This document shows positions 37,717-43,881 of a stretch of 43,881 bases of DNA, piece after piece. The notes under the pieces are model-generated. The model had not been told where the DNA came from. It did not search any database and was given only the letters and a program-made list of their open reading frames with translations. The stretch comes from Gemmatimonadaceae bacterium. GTDB lineage: Bacteria > Gemmatimonadota > Gemmatimonadetes > Gemmatimonadales > Gemmatimonadaceae. The stretch's first letter is position 1. The number at the start of each line of letters is the position of its first letter. A program made the translations under genes and the position numbers. Location of the stretch: contig DATFFQ010000039.1 in the NCBI GenBank assembly GCA_035249955.1, positions 1 to 43,881 of the forward strand, in the 5' to 3' direction.

Positions 37717-39021
37717 ATGTCATTCCGATCCTCGCCCGATGACGCGGTCCGTGCGGCCCTCGATGGCGCGCTGGCCGGGCGGAGTCGTGTGGTGCTCGCG
37801 GTCTCGGGTGGACGCGATTCGATCGTGCTGCTCGACGCCACGGCACGATGGCACCCGGAGCGAATCGCGGCCGTGGCGACGTTCGACCACGGCACCGGCG
37901 CGGCCGCCACTGCCGCGGCCGACCTCGTGCAGGCTGAGGGCTCGCGGCGAGGACTGCGCGTTGTGCGGGGACGAGCACCATCGGGACTGAGCGGCGAGGC
38001 GGGGTGGCGGGAGGCGCGATGGTCGTTTCTTCGGCGTGTCGCCGACGCTGAGCGAGGCGCTGTCGTGACGGCGCACACGCGCGACGATCACGTGGAGACG
38101 GTGCTGATGCGCGTCTTGCGCGGATCGGGTGCCAGAGGGCTGGCGGCGCTCTATGCGCAGAGCCCAGTGGATCGCCCCTTTCTCGAGCTGGAGCGCCGCG
38201 ACATCGGTCGATATGCAGTGTCACACTCGCTTCGGTGGGTGGAGGACCCGAGCAACCGCTCGCGCGCGCACCTGCGCAATCGCGTACGCCTGGATCTGCT
38301 GCCGGCGCTCGTGCGCGTTCGGCCGGAGCTTCCCGGCGAGCTGCTGGAAGTCGCACGGAGGGCAGCGGCGCTTCGGCGAGAGGTCGACGCGCTGGTCGCG
38401 GGAGTCGTGCCCATCGAGCACGAGCTAGGCGAGCTACGTGTTGCTCGGGAGCATCTCCAGCGCTATGATGCGCATGCGCTTGCACTCCTCTGGCCAGCCA
38501 TCGCCGCGCGCCTCGGCATCACCCTCGATCGGCGTGGAACTCGACGTCTCACATCGTTTACTATTAACGGTAGGCAAGGCAGCCGGATCCAGCTGTCGGG
38601 CGGATTCGAGGCGGTGCTGCATCGCGGTGTCATCGGGTTGCGGGCCGCCACTTCGAGCGTCCCGCGAGTGGAGACACAAACGCTCTCGGATGCCGTAGTG
38701 ATGGATGGCTGGCGGTTCCGGCGCACGCGGCACGTCGCGCCGCGCGATCTCTGGACCGCGGCGCTTCCGGTGGATCGGCCGCTCGTCGTGCGGCCGTGGC
38801 AACCGGGTGATCGAATGATTCCACACGGCGCCGCTACTCCTCGGCGCGTGAAGGGTTTGCTCCGCGATGCCGGCATCGATGCGGCACGGCGCGTGGGCTG
38901 GCCGGTGGTCGTCGCCGGCGACGAGATTGTCTGGATTCCTGGGGTGCGCCGCAGTCCCGCGGCGACCGTCCGGTCCGGTCGGCCGGTGGTGCGGTACGCG
39001 TGTGAACGCATCGATGGCTGA
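37717..39021 (+). CDS. tilS: tRNA(Ile)-lysidine synthetase.
   Basis: VLAVSGGRDSIVLL (PP-loop SGGxDS), HTRDDHVETVLMRVLRGSG, RPW and GDR C-terminal region. Confidence 0.85.
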   Translation: MSFRSSPDDAVRAALDGALAGRSRVVLAVSGGRDSIVLLDATARWHPERIAAVATFDHGTGAAATAAADLVQAEGSRRGLRVVRGRAPSGLSGEAGWREARWSFLRRVADAERGAVVTAHTRDDHVETVLMRVLRGSGARGLAALYAQSPVDRPFLELERRDIGRYAVSHSLRWVEDPSNRSRAHLRNRVRLDLLPALVRVRPELPGELLEVARRAAALRREVDALVAGVVPIEHELGELRVAREHLQRYDAHALALLWPAIAARLGITLDRRGTRRLTSFTINGRQGSRIQLSGGFEAVLHRGVIGLRAATSSVPRVETQTLSDAVVMDGWRFRRTRHVAPRDLWTAALPVDRPLVVRPWQPGDRMIPHGAATPRRVKGLLRDAGIDAARRVGWPVVVAGDEIVWIPGVRRSPAATVRSGRPVVRYACERIDG

Positions 39022-39553
39022 CCCACGACTCGACGGACGTGCCGTACGCCGCGTCGTGTACGGCCCGGAAGAGATCGCTCGGCGAGTTGGGGAGCTTGGC
39101 GCCGAGATCTCGTCGCAGTATCCCGACGGTCAGCTGTTGGTGCTCGGTCTGCTCAAGGGGAGCTTCATCTTCCTGGGCGACCTCGTGAGGCAGATCACCA
39201 GACCGTTGCAGGTCGATTTCGTGGTCGCCTCGAGCTACGGCAACGAGATGCAGTCCAGCGGCCAGGTCCGTTTGGTGTACGATCCGGAAACCGAGCTGGC
39301 GGGCAAACACATTCTATTGGTAGAGGACATCGTCGATTCGGGACGCACGCTGAGCCGGTTGATGGACCTTCTTACCGCGCGCGAGCCGCAGTCGCTCGAA
39401 ACTTGCGCGTTGCTGCACAAACACGTGGCGACGGAGCTGCGGTATCCAGTGCGTTTCGTGGGCTTCGATGCCCCGAACGAGTTTCTGGTGGGTTACGGGC
39501 TGGACCACGCCGAGAATTTCCGACACTTGCCTTACATCGCGAGCTTGCAGTAA
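39014..39553 (+). CDS. hpt: Hypoxanthine(-guanine) phosphoribosyltransferase.
   Basis: LLVLGLLKGSFIFLGDL and ILLVEDIVDSGRTL (PRPP-binding) with YGLD. Overlaps the tilS stop by 8 nt. Confidence 0.9.
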   Translation: MADPRLDGRAVRRVVYGPEEIARRVGELGAEISSQYPDGQLLVLGLLKGSFIFLGDLVRQITRPLQVDFVVASSYGNEMQSSGQVRLVYDPETELAGKHILLVEDIVDSGRTLSRLMDLLTAREPQSLETCALLHKHVATELRYPVRFVGFDAPNEFLVGYGLDHAENFRHLPYIASLQ

Positions 39554-41530
39554 ATGGCCGACAGAATCCCACCGCCGAAGCGCGACTTCAACTGGGGCCG
39601 GTTCTCCAAGACGCTGTCGTTTTGGATCCTCCTCATCCTCATCCCGATCATCTTCATCCGGCTCTCCGGCGCGAGTCAGGAGAAGGCACCGGAGATCGAC
39701 TACACGACGTACCGGCAGGAGTTGAACAACGACAACATTGCCGCCGTCACGATCCGCGATGGCAAGAACATGACCGGCGAGTTCCGCCATCGTGTTCGGG
39801 TGAAGGATCGCGAGGCGCGCAAGTTCTCGGTACGGCTGCCAATGAAGGACGATCCCACCGAGGTGCAGCGGCTCCAGGACAAGCACGTCGTCATTCGCGC
39901 CGAGGATGCGAAGCCGGGGTTCAGCGGCTACATCCTCTCTTACCTGCCGTTCATTCTCTTCATCGGGCTCTGGATCTTCCTCTTCCGCCAGATGCAGGCG
40001 GGAGGCGCGAAGGCATTCTCGTTCGGCAAGTCGAAGGCGAAGCTGCTCACCGGCGACACGCCCAAGGTGACGTTCGCCGACGTCGCCGGCGCCGACGAGG
40101 CCAAGGAGGAGCTGCAGGAGATCATCGAGTTCCTCAAGGACCCGCAGAAGTTCACCAAGCTCGGTGGCCGTCTGCCCAAGGGTGTGCTGCTCGTCGGACC
40201 ACCCGGCACCGGCAAGACGCTCCTCGCCCGTGCCGTCGCCGGTGAGGCGGGACGTCCGTTCTTCTCGATGTCGGGCTCCGACTTCGTGGAGATGTTCGTC
40301 GGCGTTGGCGCCAGCCGCGTGCGCGATCTGTTCGAGCAGGGCAAGGCCCACGCGCCGTGCATCATCTTCATCGACGAGATCGATGCGGTCGGGCGCCATC
40401 GCGGTGCCGGACTCGGTGGTGGGCACGACGAGCGCGAGCAGACGCTCAATCAGCTGCTCGTCGAGATGGACGGCTTCGAGGGGAACGATGGCGTGATCCT
40501 GATCGCGGCCACCAACCGGCCCGACGTGCTCGATCCGGCACTGCTCCGTCCCGGCCGCTTCGACCGGCAGGTGGTGGTCGATTCGCCCGATCTCCGCGGG
40601 CGGGAGGAGATCCTCCGCGTGCACCTGCGCAAGGTGCCCGTCGCCGACGACGTGGACGTCACGCTGCTCGCGCGTGGCACGCCCGGCATGTCGGGCGCCG
40701 ATCTCGCGAACCTCGTGAACGAAGCCGCACTGCTGGCGGCGCGCCGCAACCACGAGAAGGTCTATCTCGCCGACCTCGAGGACGCCAAGGACAAGGTCAT
40801 GCTCGGCGTCGAGCGGAAGTCGATGGTCATGAAGGAGGAGGAGCGCCGGAACACCGCCTACCACGAGGCGGGACACGCCGTGTGCGCGATCAAGACGCCC
40901 GGCTGCGATCCGCTGCACAAGGTGACGATCGTGCCCCGCGGTCGTGCTCTCGGCCTCGCGGCAACCCTGCCCAAGGAAGATCGCTATTCGATCACGCGAC
41001 AGCAGCTGGAGGCGATGCTGGTAATGACGTACGGTGGGCGTGTGGCCGAGGAGATCGTGTTCGGCCACGATCGCGTCACCACGGGTGCCGCGAACGACAT
41101 TCAGAAGGCAACGGGCCTCGCGCGCCGGTACGTCGCGCAGTGGGGTCTGTCCGACGCGATCGGTCCGGTGCTCGTGGGGGACAACGAGCAGGAGGTCTTC
41201 CTCGGCCGTGAGCTGGGACATCGCCGCGAGGTATCGGAAAAGACGGCTCAGCTCGTGGACGCGGAAGTCACGCGCCTCCTCAACGACTCGTATAGCCGCG
41301 CGAAGGCGACGCTCTCCGAGCACCTGGACCTGTTGCACTCGATGGCCGCGGCGCTCCTCGAGCGCGAGACGCTCACCGCCGATGACATCGAGATCCTGGT
41401 CCGCGGCGAGAAGCTGCCGCCGCGCAAGGTCGGGTCGAGCGCGCCGGCTGCCATTCCCACCGAGCCCGTGACGCAGCCGCGTGCGGCCAGGCCGCCGCTG
41501 CTGGGTGGACCGGAGGTGGCGCCGGCGTGA
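39554..41530 (+). CDS. ftsH: ATP-dependent zinc metalloprotease FtsH.
   Basis: [13 protein letters not shown] (Walker A), IIFIDEIDA (Walker B), the SRH region, HEAGHA (zinc site), and two N-terminal TM segments. The start directly abuts the hpt stop (TAAATG). Confidence 0.95.
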   Translation: MADRIPPPKRDFNWGRFSKTLSFWILLILIPIIFIRLSGASQEKAPEIDYTTYRQELNNDNIAAVTIRDGKNMTGEFRHRVRVKDREARKFSVRLPMKDDPTEVQRLQDKHVVIRAEDAKPGFSGYILSYLPFILFIGLWIFLFRQMQAGGAKAFSFGKSKAKLLTGDTPKVTFADVAGADEAKEELQEIIEFLKDPQKFTKLGGRLPKGVLLVGPPGTGKTLLARAVAGEAGRPFFSMSGSDFVEMFVGVGASRVRDLFEQGKAHAPCIIFIDEIDAVGRHRGAGLGGGHDEREQTLNQLLVEMDGFEGNDGVILIAATNRPDVLDPALLRPGRFDRQVVVDSPDLRGREEILRVHLRKVPVADDVDVTLLARGTPGMSGADLANLVNEAALLAARRNHEKVYLADLEDAKDKVMLGVERKSMVMKEEERRNTAYHEAGHAVCAIKTPGCDPLHKVTIVPRGRALGLAATLPKEDRYSITRQQLEAMLVMTYGGRVAEEIVFGHDRVTTGAANDIQKATGLARRYVAQWGLSDAIGPVLVGDNEQEVFLGRELGHRREVSEKTAQLVDAEVTRLLNDSYSRAKATLSEHLDLLHSMAAALLERETLTADDIEILVRGEKLPPRKVGSSAPAAIPTEPVTQPRAARPPLLGGPEVAPA

Positions 41531-42387
41531 TGTGGCGATGCCGCGGCCGCGGCATCCCACTCGATCGTCCGATCATCCTCGGCGTCCTCAATGTGACGCC
41601 GGATAGCTTCAGCGACGGCGGGCGATACTTCGCCGTCGAGTCCGCCGTCGATCACGGCGCGCGCCTGCTCGAGGAGGGCGCCGATGTCGTCGACATCGGC
41701 GGTGAGTCCACTCGACCACAGGGAGCGCAGGAGGTCGACGCCGCCGAGGAGCGCCGGCGCGTGCTTCCCGTCCTCTCATCGCTCCGCGCCCGCTTCCCGC
41801 AGGCCGTCTTCTCCGTCGACACCGTAAAGAGTGACATCGCTGCCGCGGCCCTGGATGCCGGTGCCGACATCATCAACGATGTCTCGGCGTTCCGGCTCGA
41901 CTCGTCCATGGCGAGGGTTTGCGCGGAGGCGGGGGCTGGTGTCATCCTCATGCACTCGCGAGGGGGCGTGGCCGACATGGCCACGTACGCCCATGCTCGA
42001 TACAGCGCCGATCCCGTAGCCGATGTGTTGGCCGAGCTCCAACCCAGAGTGGAGGACGCGGAGCGAGCGGGTGTCGCCCGCGATGCGATCGCGATCGACC
42101 CGGGCCTCGGATTCGGAAAGCGCACCGAGCATTCGGTGGCGATGCTGGTGGGGTTGCCGCGGCTTGTTGCGCTCGGCTATCCGGTGGCGGTCGGCGTCTC
42201 GAGGAAGCGGTTCATTGGCGAGTTGAGCGCGTCACCCGATGCGATCGATCGGTTGGAGGGGACGATCGGCGCCAACGTGATGGCGTTGGCGTTGGGCGCA
42301 CGGATCTTTCGTGTCCACGATGTGCGTGCGGCACGGCGCGCGCTCGACGTCGCGTGGGCAATCGTACGGAGCAGGGAAGGCTCGTGA
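41527..42387 (+). CDS. folP: Dihydropteroate synthase.
   Basis: ILNVTPDSFSDGG, DIGGESTRP, DTVK, INDVS and GVSRKRFIG are the Pterin_bind / DHPS motifs. The start overlaps the ftsH stop. Confidence 0.9.
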   Translation: MMWRCRGRGIPLDRPIILGVLNVTPDSFSDGGRYFAVESAVDHGARLLEEGADVVDIGGESTRPQGAQEVDAAEERRRVLPVLSSLRARFPQAVFSVDTVKSDIAAAALDAGADIINDVSAFRLDSSMARVCAEAGAGVILMHSRGGVADMATYAHARYSADPVADVLAELQPRVEDAERAGVARDAIAIDPGLGFGKRTEHSVAMLVGLPRLVALGYPVAVGVSRKRFIGELSASPDAIDRLEGTIGANVMALALGARIFRVHDVRAARRALDVAWAIVRSREGS

Positions 42388-43184
42388 GCGTACTGGACCA
42401 GTTCAGGATCATCGGCTTTGGATGGCGCGACGCCATCGAGATCGCGATCGTCGCGTTCGTGATCTACCGCATCCTGCTCCTGATCCACGGGACGCGAGCG
42501 GTGCAGATGCTCATCGGCATCGTGGTGCTCGTGTTCACGTACGCGGTGGCCTGGCTGTTCAAGTTCACGATGATCACGTATCTGCTCGGGTTGGTCTTCA
42601 CCTACGGCGCCTTTGCCGCGCTGGTGGTGTTTCAACCCGAGCTACGGGCGGCGCTGGCGCACCTGGGTCAGTCACGGGTCACGCGGTTCTTCCGGCGCAT
42701 GGAAGTCGGCGAGGTGGCCGAAGAAGTCGCCGGCGCCGTCGAGCGGCTGAGCCGCTCCGGCATCGGCTCCATCATCGCACTCGAGCGCGAGGTCGGACTG
42801 GGCGAGTACGTGCAGTCGGGGCGCGAGATGCAGGCCAAGGTGTCGGCCGATCTGCTGGCGACCATCTTTACGCCGTACTCACCGCTGCACGACGGCGCGG
42901 TGATCATCCGTGGCGATACCATCATCGGCGCGGGGTGCATCCTGCCGCTGTCACAGGCGCCGCTCAACGACCGCTCGCTCGGCACGCGCCATCGGGCCGC
43001 CATTGGCCTGTCCGAGGAGACGGATGCGCTGGTGATCGTGGTGTCGGAGCAGACGGCCACCATCTCCGTCGCCCAGAATGGCCGCCTGCGTCGTGGTCTC
43101 ACCGCACCGCAGCTTCGCGACATCATCGCCGGCAGGACACCACGCTCCACCGCCGAGCATCCGCTGCTCGAGGTGCACACGTAG
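42384..43184 (+). CDS. cdaA: Diadenylate cyclase CdaA/DacA (c-di-AMP synthase).
   Basis: Three N-terminal TM helices, then a DisA_N domain: GALIVVER-like IIALEREV, LHDGAVII and GTRHRAA. The GTG start overlaps the folP stop (GTGA). Confidence 0.85.
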   Translation: MSVLDQFRIIGFGWRDAIEIAIVAFVIYRILLLIHGTRAVQMLIGIVVLVFTYAVAWLFKFTMITYLLGLVFTYGAFAALVVFQPELRAALAHLGQSRVTRFFRRMEVGEVAEEVAGAVERLSRSGIGSIIALEREVGLGEYVQSGREMQAKVSADLLATIFTPYSPLHDGAVIIRGDTIIGAGCILPLSQAPLNDRSLGTRHRAAIGLSEETDALVIVVSEQTATISVAQNGRLRRGLTAPQLRDIIAGRTPRSTAEHPLLEVHT

Positions 43185-43189
43185 GCGGG

Positions 43190-43881
43190 CCGCGTGCGGT
43201 TGCCGCCGCGGCGTCGATCGTCCTCCTGCTGGTCTACGTCGCGACGCTGGCCCCCGGGGTGACATTTTGGGATGCCGGCGAGCTGATCGCCGCTGTCCAC
43301 TCGCTCGGCATCCCGCACCCGCCCGGTACGCCGCTCTTCGTGCTGGTCGCCCGCGCGACGAGCGATGCGCTGGCGCCGCTCCCGCGCGCGTTCGCCGTCA
43401 ATCTGCTGTCGGCGGTGAGCACCGCCGCGGCGTGCGGTATCCTGGCCTGGCTCACCTGGCGCTGGATGCGCTCGCGCGCGGCGGCGTTCGCCGCCGCGGT
43501 ATGCGCCGGCTCGATGTCGACGGTGTGGCTCAACGCCACCGAGAGTGAGGCGTACGCGGTCTCGCTGCTGCTCGTGGCCGCGATCCTGTTTGCCGCGGAT
43601 CGGGCGCGAGAAACGGGACGCTGGCCCTGGCTGGTGCTCACGGCGTACGGGATCGCGCTGGCGGTGCCGGTCCACGTGGGCGCGCTGGTGGTGGTGCCGG
43701 CGGCGGTCGTCCTGGTGGCCCGGTCACCCGACGGCGGCATCAGGTGGTCGATGGCGGGAACGCTCGCCGCGGTGGGTTTCCTCGTGCTCGGGGTGGGGTT
43801 GGCGTCGCCGGGCATGGTCGCCGCCGCAGTGGGTGCCGGCGCCGCGGCCATCGCCAGTCAGCGACGGCGCGCCATCGGGAG
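43190..43881 (+). CDS. DUF2723 (GT117-like) polytopic membrane protein. The N-terminus and start codon are unresolved, and it continues past the window end.
   Basis: In the +2 frame relative to cdaA: ...IVLLLVYVATLAPGVTFWDAGELIAAVHSLGIPHPPGTPLFVLVA..., which is the FWDxGE...HPPGxPLF signature of DUF2723. There is no canonical in-frame start close to the cdaA stop. The ORF track misses it because there is no stop in the window. Confidence 0.5.

Noticed and set aside
39314-41560. 748-aa minus ORF
   Set aside because: Antisense to the ftsH gene, which carries unmistakable FtsH motifs.

Overview
This window is GC-rich throughout (roughly two-thirds G+C by eye) and is a densely coded stretch of bacterial chromosome. 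It encodes a SusC/SusD-type TonB-dependent outer-membrane uptake pair, so the host is Gram-negative; together with the high GC and small RBS-coupled genes this is compatible with a Gemmatimonadota-like organism (inference only). I support about 50 genes; both ends are truncated by the window.

Main blocks:
- A minus-strand GGDEF diguanylate cyclase with a small tandem C2H2 zinc-finger ORF just upstream of it.
- aceK (isocitrate dehydrogenase kinase/phosphatase) translationally coupled to a deoxynucleoside kinase.
- A SusC/SusD-like pair, then citrate synthase, apaG and a secreted protein built from RREDxRD heptad repeats.
- A CDA-fold guanine deaminase and an HpcH/CitE-like TIM-barrel protein, convergent on an eight-gene purine-to-urea/glyoxylate operon on the minus strand: xanthine dehydrogenase Mo/FeS/FAD subunits, allantoinase, allantoicase, OHCU decarboxylase, HIU hydrolase and uricase, joined by 4-nt ATGA/GTGA overlaps.
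- Downstream of these, ydbS/ydbT bPH_2 membrane proteins, the glyoxylate shunt genes aceB-aceA, an NfeD-flotillin pair, tonB, lemA-htpX, and the conserved tilS-hpt-ftsH-folP-cdaA block.

The most unusual non-coding signal is a roughly 270-bp AT-rich imperfect palindrome (12733-13005) with (GGGACGC)n outer arms, between the susD-like gene and gltA. Several palindromic candidate operator sites are also present: a perfect TGTGA-N6-TCACA site upstream of the susCD-like operon, a related site upstream of tonB, and a different site upstream of aceB. I found no tRNA, rRNA, CRISPR array, transposase or integrase.

Many long six-frame ORFs here are GC-driven mirror or overlap artefacts and were rejected.
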